Below, piece after piece: positions 20,168 through 28,492 of a stretch of DNA of 64,000 nt (positions are counted from its first letter, which is position 1; every line of letters starts with the position of its first letter). Made by a program: the position numbers and the translations under genes. The notes under the pieces are model-generated. The model saw only the letters and a list, made by a program, of their open reading frames with translations, ran no database searches and was not told the DNA's origin. Origin of the DNA: an uncultured Nitrospiraceae bacterium (GTDB taxonomy: Bacteria > Nitrospirota > Thermodesulfovibrionia > Thermodesulfovibrionales > Dissulfurispiraceae); assembly GCA_963727805.1 (NCBI GenBank), contig CAVSHF010000005.1, forward strand, positions 160,001-224,000, given 5' to 3'.

Positions 20168-21045
20168 AGATTAAACCTCTCTATATTGCCGTCAGCAATT
20201 TTTTGGATTGCAGCCACCTCGGCAGTCGGGGTGCCCTTTTTAAAAAGATTTCTAAATCTACCCTGCAACTTAAGGTACTCTTCTACCGGCTTTTTGACAG
20301 GGACCTTATGAACAGAGATTATCTTACCTTCCCTGATCTCGAAAACAGGGAAGATACAGGTTTGTTTGGCCAACCGACATATCTGTACTGTCAGATCGCC
20401 GGCATGTCCCCATCCAAGAGGACAAGGGGCAAGTATATGAAGGTATTTCGGACCCTCTATTGAAAGCGCAGTCTTCACTTTGCGCTGCAGGTCACGATAA
20501 TCATCAACTGTAGCTGTAGCCACATAAGGGATGCCATGATCGGCTGCAAGCAGGGGAATATTTTTTTTGAGTCTTTTATTGCCGCCGGGTGTTGTGGTCG
20601 TCCTCGTCCCAAAAGGTGTGCTGCCGGAACGCTGCACTCCGGTGTTCATGTATGCTTCATTGTCATAGCAGACATAGAGCACATTGTGGCCTCGCTCGAA
20701 CATGCCGCTCATGCACTGAAATCCTATGTCGGATGTGCTGCCGTCACCGCCCTGGGCAATGATATTTACTGGTCCCTTGTTTAAGGCCTTGTATGCGACC
20801 TCCACTCCTGCGGCCACTGCGGCAGCGTTTTCAAAAAGGCTGTGCAGAAAAGGGATACGCCAGGAAGGATCGGGGTATGGCGAACTAAATACCTCCAGAC
20901 ACCCGGTGGCAACACAAGCTATGGTATTTTCACCTGCGGCGTCGGCTACAAGGCGGGCGGCCAACGCTTGACCGCAGCCGCCGCAAGCCCGGTGCCCACT
21001 GGCGAAAAGGTCTTTTTTTTCAACCTTATCAACATTTTCTATCAT
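20164..21045 (-). CDS. porB: Pyruvate/2-oxoacid:ferredoxin oxidoreductase beta subunit
   Basis: GHRACGGCG, GGDGSTSDIG, YDNEAYMNTGVQRS TPP-binding motif, PCPLGW. Confidence 0.92.
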   Translation of the reverse strand: MIENVDKVEKKDLFASGHRACGGCGQALAARLVADAAGENTIACVATGCLEVFSSPYPDPSWRIPFLHSLFENAAAVAAGVEVAYKALNKGPVNIIAQGGDGSTSDIGFQCMSGMFERGHNVLYVCYDNEAYMNTGVQRSGSTPFGTRTTTTPGGNKRLKKNIPLLAADHGIPYVATATVDDYRDLQRKVKTALSIEGPKYLHILAPCPLGWGHAGDLTVQICRLAKQTCIFPVFEIREGKIISVHKVPVKKPVEEYLKLQGRFRNLFKKGTPTAEVAAIQKIADGNIERFNL

Positions 21046-22217
21046 AGGTCTTTCTCCGCTATAGTTTCTTGTCTTAACCCGAGGAACTCCAGTTCGACTG
21101 ATTCTCTTTCCACTTTTTCAACCATGTACCGCAAATCGTCAAGGGAAATATTTCGTCCGCCAAGCCCTGCTACAAAACTGCTGATTTTGCGCGTTATTTT
21201 TTCACCCTTCGGAAAAGACCAGCGGATATCGCTTGCCAAAATGCCGCCCCTCCCCAATGAAATGGACTTTTCAAGGACAACGATATTGGTTTTATCCTTA
21301 AGAGTTTCATAAATCTCCTTCCTCGGAAAAGGCCGGAAGGAGCAAATTTGCAGCAGTCCGACCTTCTTTCCTTCCGTTTCAAATCGGTCAATCAGGTCTT
21401 TAATGCTTCCTACGATAGAACCCATCGATATAATTACAACGTCCGCATCCTTAAGTTTGTATGTCTTGAATAATCCTCCGCTCTCCCGGTTAAAGGCCCG
21501 GCTGAAATCAGCACTCACCTGTTTAATGGTTTCTTCAGATTTTTCCAAAGCACGGTGCTGGATATATTTCGTTTCCATGTAGAAACGCGGATCCGCATAC
21601 AACCCGAGTCCCCTCGGCCAGCGTGGATCAACGATATGAGTCGGTTTAAATGGAGGTAGAAAATCGTCGACCTGCTTTTGATCAGGAATGTCGACCGGCT
21701 CATAGGCATGGGTAAGAATGAATCCGTCCATGCAGACCATCACTGGCAGAGACAGTTGTTCAGCGATTTTATATGCCTGGATGTGTAAATCCGCAGCCTC
21801 CTGATTGTCCTCCGCATGCAGCTGGATCCACCCCGCATCCCTCACAGACATAGAGTCCTGATGATCGTTCCAGATGTTCAGCGGAGCAGCTATTGCCCTG
21901 TTGGCACATGTTAAAACGATAGGCAACCGCATCCCCGCGATGCAATATATTACCTCGTTCATCAGCAACATCCCCTGTGATGTCGTCGCTGTGTATGTGC
22001 GTGCACCGGCGGCGCTAGCCCCGAGAACTACCGAAGCGGCTGCAAATTCACTTTCGACATTGACAAACTCCGCCTTCAGACGTCCCTCGCTCACAATTTC
22101 TGCCAGATCTTCCACAATATGAGTTTGCGGAGTGATCGGATAAGCCGCGATGACATTTGGACGGCATAAAGCTACTACGTCCGCAACAGCCTGCGATCCT
22201 TCAATTTGTTTAAGCAT
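21042..22217 (-). CDS. porA: Pyruvate/2-oxoacid:ferredoxin oxidoreductase alpha subunit
   Basis: AAYPITPQTHIVE, VESEFAA, TATTSQG, NRAIAAPLNIWNDHQD; start taken at MLKQ (22217). Confidence 0.92.
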   Translation of the reverse strand: MLKQIEGSQAVADVVALCRPNVIAAYPITPQTHIVEDLAEIVSEGRLKAEFVNVESEFAAASVVLGASAAGARTYTATTSQGMLLMNEVIYCIAGMRLPIVLTCANRAIAAPLNIWNDHQDSMSVRDAGWIQLHAEDNQEAADLHIQAYKIAEQLSLPVMVCMDGFILTHAYEPVDIPDQKQVDDFLPPFKPTHIVDPRWPRGLGLYADPRFYMETKYIQHRALEKSEETIKQVSADFSRAFNRESGGLFKTYKLKDADVVIISMGSIVGSIKDLIDRFETEGKKVGLLQICSFRPFPRKEIYETLKDKTNIVVLEKSISLGRGGILASDIRWSFPKGEKITRKISSFVAGLGGRNISLDDLRYMVEKVERESVELEFLGLRQETIAEKDL

Positions 22218-22764
22218 AGAGCTTCCTCTTTTGTATGATTTCATGCGCTCGCTCAAGGGCTGCCACATTGTTTGAACCAACATTGCCCGGAAACTTCTGC
22301 ATAATTGCTTGCTGAACTGCTTCCAGGCTCACCAGCCCGGTAATGCTGCAAAACGCGCCAATCATTATTGCGTTGGGAATTGGCCTTCCTATGATTTCAA
22401 GAGCTATCTCAGTGGCCGGTATAGTCTCGACCGTAGCCGTTGTATTCAATTTCAGTTCCTCGGGAGACTTATCCGTGTTGATCAGCACAAGACCGTTCGG
22501 TTTCAATCCCTCCAGAACAGGGACGGTTTCGATCAAATAATAGTCCTGAACTATGAGATAGTCCGGACTGCGGACTTCTTCCCTCAGACGAATTTTTTTG
22601 TTATCGATTCTCACAAAGGCCTGAACAGGCGCCCCAACCCGTTCAGCTCCGAAGGAAGGGAACGCCTGAGCAAATTTCCCGTCACGAAACGCGGCGATAG
22701 CTAAAAGCTCTGCCGCCGCAACGTTTCCCTGTCCACCCCGCCCATGAATTCTTATTTCAATCAT
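22210..22764 (-). CDS. porC: Pyruvate/2-oxoacid:ferredoxin oxidoreductase gamma subunit
   Basis: MIEIRIHGRGGQG, QAFPSFGAERVGAPV; AGAGGTG SD upstream of 22764. Confidence 0.92.
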   Translation of the reverse strand: MIEIRIHGRGGQGNVAAAELLAIAAFRDGKFAQAFPSFGAERVGAPVQAFVRIDNKKIRLREEVRSPDYLIVQDYYLIETVPVLEGLKPNGLVLINTDKSPEELKLNTTATVETIPATEIALEIIGRPIPNAIMIGAFCSITGLVSLEAVQQAIMQKFPGNVGSNNVAALERAHEIIQKRKLYA

Positions 22765-22873
22765 CCCTATCACCTCTGTTCCCAGGAATAAACATGATAC
22801 CCCCCCCGTTCTTATGAATAAATTGCAGAGCAGACGTATACACAATTATACACCTTTATTTTACAGGGAATAT

Positions 22874-24198
22874 CATTAGTGTCCGGTTAAAAATGAATAA
22901 GCAGCCCATAAGCATATGATTAACAATCGCAATCTGAGCAAAAAAGGTGGTGTCGATTTGAAATTGCATCTGCATATCAGTGATGGTTTCGGAACATGTT
23001 GTTCCGGAGGCACCAATGAATACAGGCAAGACCCTTTTTGCTCAGATTATGGACGTTCTCCCGTGGAGCACTTTTCATCGTATTGTTCAGAAATACAGCG
23101 GCGACCATCGTGTGCGCTGTCTTCGTTGTGCCGAGCAATTTCGAATAATGGCTTTTGCGCAACTTACTTATCGGGAGAGTCTCCGCGATATCGAAGCCTG
23201 TTTGTCGGCTCAAGCTGCAAAACTTTATCACATGGGCCTTCGAGGACCAGTCAGTCGCTCGACCCTGGCCGATGCCAACGAATCTCGCGATTGGCGCATT
23301 TACGCAGACTTCGCTCAACGGCTGATCGGTCAAGCAAGAAAGCTCTATGCCGGAGAGAGCTTCGGTGTGGATATCTCCAATACCGCCTACGCTCTGGATT
23401 CTACGACCATAGACCTCTGCCTGTCGATGTTTCCTTGGGCTCCTTTTCGGACTGCCAAGGCTGCCGTAAAAGTTCATACGCTGATGGACCTCAGGGGTTC
23501 TATCCCAAGCTTTATTCATATCTCCGATGGCAAGCTTCACGATATCAATGTTCTGGACCTGCTTATTCCAGAAGCCGGGGCCTTCTATGTGATGGATCGA
23601 GCATATCTCGACTTCGAGCGTCTGTATGTCCTGCATCAGGCCGGCAGCTTTTTTGTTACCCGAGCCAAATCCAATCTGAATGCCAGAAGACTTTATTCCG
23701 CCTCTGCAGATCGAACTACAGGCGTGATCTGCGATCAGACCATCGCCATGAATGGTTATTACAGCAGCAGACACTTTCCGGGCCATCTGCGCCGCATCCG
23801 TTTCAAAGACGCGGAGTCCGGCAAAACATTGCTGTTTCTCACCAATCACCATACCTTGCCAGCATTGACCATATGCTCACTATACAAGAGCCGCTGGCAG
23901 ATCGAACTGTTCTTCAAATGGATCAAGCAACATCTTCGCATAAAGCGTTTCTACGGCATTTCAGAAAATGCCGTCAAATCCCAAATCTGGATCGCTGTTT
24001 CCGTTTATGTTCTTATCGCTATCATCAAGAAAAGGCTCAATCTCGATGTTTCGCTCTATACGTTGTTACAGATCCTATCGGTCACCATCTTCGAGAAAAT
24101 GCCCTTGCAGCAAGCGTTTCAGGAAAATGGCACAGCATTAAATGCTATGGTAAATCGTAACCAATTGAATCTATATGATTCTTAACCGGACACTAGTG
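22874..24198 (+). mobile_element. Complete IS4-family insertion sequence (1325 bp)
   Basis: IRL CATTAGTGTCCGGTTAA (22874-22890) and IRR TTAACCGGACACTAGTG (24182-24198) match 16/17; 9-bp TSD AGGGAATAT at 22865-22873 and 24199-24207. Confidence 0.95.
23016..24185 (+). CDS. IS4-family DDE transposase (DUF4372-type N-terminus)
   Basis: GGAGG SD; FAQLTYRESLRDIE, LDSTTIDL, MDRAY, YKSRWQIELFFKWIKQHL; stop lies inside IRR. Confidence 0.95.
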   Translation: MNTGKTLFAQIMDVLPWSTFHRIVQKYSGDHRVRCLRCAEQFRIMAFAQLTYRESLRDIEACLSAQAAKLYHMGLRGPVSRSTLADANESRDWRIYADFAQRLIGQARKLYAGESFGVDISNTAYALDSTTIDLCLSMFPWAPFRTAKAAVKVHTLMDLRGSIPSFIHISDGKLHDINVLDLLIPEAGAFYVMDRAYLDFERLYVLHQAGSFFVTRAKSNLNARRLYSASADRTTGVICDQTIAMNGYYSSRHFPGHLRRIRFKDAESGKTLLFLTNHHTLPALTICSLYKSRWQIELFFKWIKQHLRIKRFYGISENAVKSQIWIAVSVYVLIAIIKKRLNLDVSLYTLLQILSVTIFEKMPLQQAFQENGTALNAMVNRNQLNLYDS

Positions 24199-24378
24199 AG
24201 GGAATATATGAACAAAAAAAAAGAGAATAATGAGAAAGTCGATACTTTCGCTCCATTAGTTATTCTCTGTCAATGCATTATTTAATTTTATCCAAACGTG
24301 CCCTGCGTATATTGCCCGCGCGTACAAAATATCTCCCTACAGGGCCCCCTCCCATTTGCATCCACTAACTCTCACAAA

Positions 24379-25908
24379 TCATCTCTTCTGCAAACCACCA
24401 TACAATTCTTTAACTTTTGCTCGGTCTGCTGTACCGTCGCTTCGAACTGGAATTTTCGATATAAACTCCACATACTGAGGCTTTTTGTAACTGGCAATCT
24501 TGGAAGCGACGAATGTGACCAGCTCTTTGACAGTCAGGCTCATTCCTGTCTTTAACTGGCATACAGCTTTGATACCCTCTTTCCATTTTGGATCCGGCAC
24601 CCCGATGACCACACATTTCTCAACCGCCGGATGTTGGAGTACAGCATTTTCGACTTCTGCCGGATAGACGTTTTCACCACCCGGTTTGATGAGTTCTTTC
24701 TCTGGCTTGCGTCCCATATACCATAAAAAGCCTTCATCATCAAAGCGGCCGAGGTCTCCCGTGTGGTGCCAGCCGTTGCGAAAGGTGTAGGAATTGTCAT
24801 CCGGCAGGTTCCAATACCCTCGAAAAACCATTGGACCTCGCATGATTATTTCTCCCGATTGTCCCGTGGCAACCGGCTTATCAGCATCGTCCACCAAATG
24901 CAAATCTCCGAGAAGAATAGTTTGCCCTGCCGTGCCTGGGCGATCATTATAAGGACTGACTGTCGCCAGACATGAAGTCTCAGTCTGACCATACATGCAG
25001 TAAAACGTCCCTCCAGAAATCTCCTGATATTTCTCTATGGTGTCAGGAACGTCCAGCCCGATGACGGCTCTCAAAGAACAAATACTTTTCCCCGATTTTA
25101 CCTGCTGCTCTAAAATGTTGGAAAGTATAGGTGTGAAGTCGAAAAGAAAAGAGGCTTTCTTTTCTTCGATGAGACTCACCGCCTTCTCAGCGTCAAATCT
25201 GCTCATATTCACATTTAGTGCCCCGGCATGAAACGCACTAGTCGCAGTGCACAATCCGGCAACGTGAAACATGGGCAGCAGGTTCAGATGTACGTCGGCA
25301 GGGGTGATTTTTAAATAGTGATTGAAATGCATGTTAGAACACAACACATTATCATGACTGAGCAACGCACCACGAGGTCTTCCAGCAACAGCCGCGGTAT
25401 GAATAATTACGAAGCCGTCATCGGAAGAAGTATCTGCCCGAGTAAAATTACCATTATTAGCTAGCAGTACACTGAAATCCTCAAACCCCTCAGCTCCGGA
25501 CTTGAGGCTGCAAAAGGTCTTCACCGTGAAGAGTCGATCACGGCATTCATTGATCGTGGCATGATATTCTGGACTGGCAAAAATGATTTTGGGTTCGCAG
25601 TCATTCAGATTGAACATAATTTCATTGACGGAAAGTCTCGAGTTCATCGGCAGCATGATGGCCCCAATAGCTGCTGCGGCGCCATACAGAAGAAAGTATT
25701 CCATATTATTTTTACTGAGAACACCTATGCGGTCCTTATGCTGAATCCCGAGTTTCTGAAGGCCGCAGGCGAGACGATCCACTTGCTCTTTATACTGAAC
25801 AAATGTCAGTTCACGGTTGTCGTCAACTTCACTCCAGGCAGGTTTGTCTTTATAGCAGACTGCGTTGCGACAAATCACATCGTAAAACGTCAAATCGTAG
25901 AGTCCCAT
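24379..25908 (-). CDS. AMP-dependent acyl-CoA synthetase/ligase
   Basis: YGQTET, GWHHTGDLG, IKPGGENVYPAEVE, SYKKP; variant P-loop HTAAVAGRPRG. Confidence 0.9.
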   Translation of the reverse strand: MGLYDLTFYDVICRNAVCYKDKPAWSEVDDNRELTFVQYKEQVDRLACGLQKLGIQHKDRIGVLSKNNMEYFLLYGAAAAIGAIMLPMNSRLSVNEIMFNLNDCEPKIIFASPEYHATINECRDRLFTVKTFCSLKSGAEGFEDFSVLLANNGNFTRADTSSDDGFVIIHTAAVAGRPRGALLSHDNVLCSNMHFNHYLKITPADVHLNLLPMFHVAGLCTATSAFHAGALNVNMSRFDAEKAVSLIEEKKASFLFDFTPILSNILEQQVKSGKSICSLRAVIGLDVPDTIEKYQEISGGTFYCMYGQTETSCLATVSPYNDRPGTAGQTILLGDLHLVDDADKPVATGQSGEIIMRGPMVFRGYWNLPDDNSYTFRNGWHHTGDLGRFDDEGFLWYMGRKPEKELIKPGGENVYPAEVENAVLQHPAVEKCVVIGVPDPKWKEGIKAVCQLKTGMSLTVKELVTFVASKIASYKKPQYVEFISKIPVRSDGTADRAKVKELYGGLQKR

Positions 25909-25941
25909 TTTTTACCCTCGCTTAACTATAAATATTTATGT

Positions 25942-27624
25942 TCACTGTATATACGGCTTCTTGCGAAGGGCCTCATCGAGGAGCTTGTCCCTCCCGTAGA
26001 TGTCATTTCTGAACTGCAGAGTGTCTCCCTCATCAACCCAGGCTGTGAGGTACAGGAAATGAACATTTACTGACTGAGGGATCTGGACGATTTGCTCAGT
26101 ACCTTTATCCATCGCAGCGATTAAGGTATCCCTTGTCCAACGAGGATTGTCCCGCAACAGATACTCGGCCAGCTCTACGGGTTTTTCAATGCGGATGCAT
26201 CCGTGACTGAAAGTACGCACATTTTCTGAAAATAGTCGTTTGGCGGGGGTGTCATGGAGGTAGACATCATAGCTGTTTGGAAGCATAAACTTGAGCTGCC
26301 CAAGGGCATTCAGAGGACCGGGCTTCTGGCGAAACCTGTAGCGTAAGGCCTGTCCAGTCACCTTTGACCAGTCTATGGTATTCGGCTCTATTTCACGTTC
26401 TCGAGGTCCCCTGCCCTCCAAGACTTCAATGTTTTGTTCAGCAAGATAAAGAGGATTTTTCTCGATCTTTTTCAGGATCTCCTTCCGTGCAATGCTATCC
26501 GGAATATTCCACGAAGGATTGATTACGATGTATGTCATCTTCGCTGTAAAGATAGGAGTGCTCTGGTAAGGCTTCCCTACCACTACTTTCATGGAGAGGA
26601 TCGGCTTATCCCTTTCAATAAGATACAGTTGAAAATCCGCGATGTTGACAATAATATAGCGCTCCTCTAGGATACCAAGTATCCAACGCAGCCTTTCCAT
26701 GTTCAATTCCATTTGACGTATCCGTTGCTTCAGGGGAACGTTGAGAGCATTGCGTGTATCTCGCCCTACAACGCCATCGGCTTTAAGTCCATGGCGTTTC
26801 TGAAAGAGGGTTAACGACTGTTCCAGCCTGTCATCAAATATAGCACCTCCTGTTGCCTCATCTGCCCTTAGATCGCCAGAAGCAGCAAGCCTCTTTCTCA
26901 GTTCTACAACACGATCGTACTTAAACCCCTTTTTCATAGAGGGGCCGGCCGATAACAGTGGCCATTCGCCCTTTAATGCCAATTCCCTATAATGTGCAAG
27001 GGCACTTCTGAGTCGGGTATAGATGCCCTTTTCAGGGCGTAGCCCTATCAATGCCTCACGTATCTGTTTCTTCTTGAGTGCCTGCTCAAGTACAGAAGAA
27101 ACATCAACCTTTCCACCTTTTGCAAACCATTCTGACGCAACCACCACAGGGTTCACACACCCAGCGGAAAGGTGACACCCGAGAGTAATAAATGCATCTG
27201 TGAGAAGTAAGTCTAGATCGGCAAGACGGTTCGGTCCAAGAGATAGTTCCCCACCGGCATTATCCACGAGAGACCTTATACGGGCAAGGTGATAATAAGC
27301 AGGCGACAGTCCATCACCATAGGCTTCATCTACCGCTGTCATGAGCATCTCAACTTGCATCAGGTGGCTATCATGGCTCCATGCGGGCTGATAGTTTCTT
27401 CCCTTATAGAAGCTCTCCACTAGGACCGCGGAGTATACTTGCTCTCCCCAGATAGTTTTTTTTGAGTAGGCAATTCCTCGGGTTATTCTCTCTTTTATGT
27501 GCAGGGCAACTTCGGTATCCGGAACCGGAATATATGAATTTAGTTCGGAAGAATCACTGTTAGTGCACAAAATAACGATTACAAAAATAAGTGCAGCAAT
27601 TCCCTTATTTATTAGAAAACTCAC
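25942..27624 (-). CDS. ycbB: L,D-transpeptidase, YcbB/LdtD family
   Basis: PG-binding FQKRHGLKADGVVG, QKPGPLNALGQLKF, VYLHDTP, SHGCIRIE catalytic motif. Confidence 0.92.
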   Translation of the reverse strand: MSFLINKGIAALIFVIVILCTNSDSSELNSYIPVPDTEVALHIKERITRGIAYSKKTIWGEQVYSAVLVESFYKGRNYQPAWSHDSHLMQVEMLMTAVDEAYGDGLSPAYYHLARIRSLVDNAGGELSLGPNRLADLDLLLTDAFITLGCHLSAGCVNPVVVASEWFAKGGKVDVSSVLEQALKKKQIREALIGLRPEKGIYTRLRSALAHYRELALKGEWPLLSAGPSMKKGFKYDRVVELRKRLAASGDLRADEATGGAIFDDRLEQSLTLFQKRHGLKADGVVGRDTRNALNVPLKQRIRQMELNMERLRWILGILEERYIIVNIADFQLYLIERDKPILSMKVVVGKPYQSTPIFTAKMTYIVINPSWNIPDSIARKEILKKIEKNPLYLAEQNIEVLEGRGPREREIEPNTIDWSKVTGQALRYRFRQKPGPLNALGQLKFMLPNSYDVYLHDTPAKRLFSENVRTFSHGCIRIEKPVELAEYLLRDNPRWTRDTLIAAMDKGTEQIVQIPQSVNVHFLYLTAWVDEGDTLQFRNDIYGRDKLLDEALRKKPYIQ

Positions 27625-28193
27625 CAGGTTCTAAATCTGCCGGAATCCAAGTGGACAAAATTTGATTCCTTATAATAGCCAACACCACCCAATTTCAAAT
27701 TAAGTGCCTCATCCCTGAGTTTGCAGAGGTCCACACCGGGTATTCTTATATCAATTGCTTTCCCCGCTAAATGCAAACTGTTTTTAACAACATGTCTGCC
27801 CTCATTTATTAGAAGCTTATTATATTCGGGTGACCTGAAGCCGGAAATTATGTGGATTTCGTTATGACTTCCACATCTCTTAGCTACTAGATTTACGAAT
27901 TCAATCATATCCGTATCCATATTGAGTTCTTGTCCTGTATAATGACACCTCAGAATCCAGTTGAGCTGCTTTAATGCATCAGCATCATATTCGCCCGATG
28001 AGTTTCTAAACTTTACTGTGAGTTTGTCGTTAGTGTGAATATTCAAAAGCGTAAGCTTCCCTTCGGGTAACGTTCTTCTTGCATCAGAAAAAGCCGGGCT
28101 AGCACATAGCGACGAAAAGGCGACGAAGGATGCTTTTAGAAAAAACCGCCTATTACATAAGTGATCAAACAACGTTTTTGAGTAAAAGTTCAT
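27621..28193 (-). CDS. ycbK: YcbK/MepK (DUF882, peptidase M15) Tat-exported peptidoglycan endopeptidase
   Basis: NRRFFLK Tat motif, ISGFRSPEYN, SLHLAGKAIDI, GGVGYY...FVHLDSG; GGAGGAG SD before 28193. Confidence 0.9.
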   Translation of the reverse strand: MNFYSKTLFDHLCNRRFFLKASFVAFSSLCASPAFSDARRTLPEGKLTLLNIHTNDKLTVKFRNSSGEYDADALKQLNWILRCHYTGQELNMDTDMIEFVNLVAKRCGSHNEIHIISGFRSPEYNKLLINEGRHVVKNSLHLAGKAIDIRIPGVDLCKLRDEALNLKLGGVGYYKESNFVHLDSGRFRTW

Positions 28194-28474
28194 GATTCTC
28201 CTCCAAGAATGATGCAATCATATCATTTTAAAAAAAGCTAGTTTCAACATATGCTATTTGGTTATTATGACATACATGTTACTCATAAGTTAAATCATAA
28301 TTATTTCAATCCTTAAGTACCCATTGGTGAGTAGCATCCCAGAAGACCGTTCACCTTAGCCTAACACCACCGCATCGAGTGTCAAGCTGCCAATATGTCT
28401 GAGTGCGACAAATTGTGCCAATAGTTTGCGTCATCCCAGTCCAAAAGCCTTGTATACTATCGTTTTGCCCTTGC

Positions 28475-28492
28475 TGCTATAATACTAGTATG
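28475..28492 (+). promoter_or_regulatory. Extended -10 promoter, probable leaderless start of ftsK
   Basis: TGcTATAAT (28475-28483), 6 nt, ATG 28490; no SD. Confidence 0.55.

Noticed and set aside
22940..22946. AAAAAAG slippery site in the IS as a programmed frameshift
   Set aside because: Not phased to join the upstream ORF to the transposase, which has its own SD and ATG
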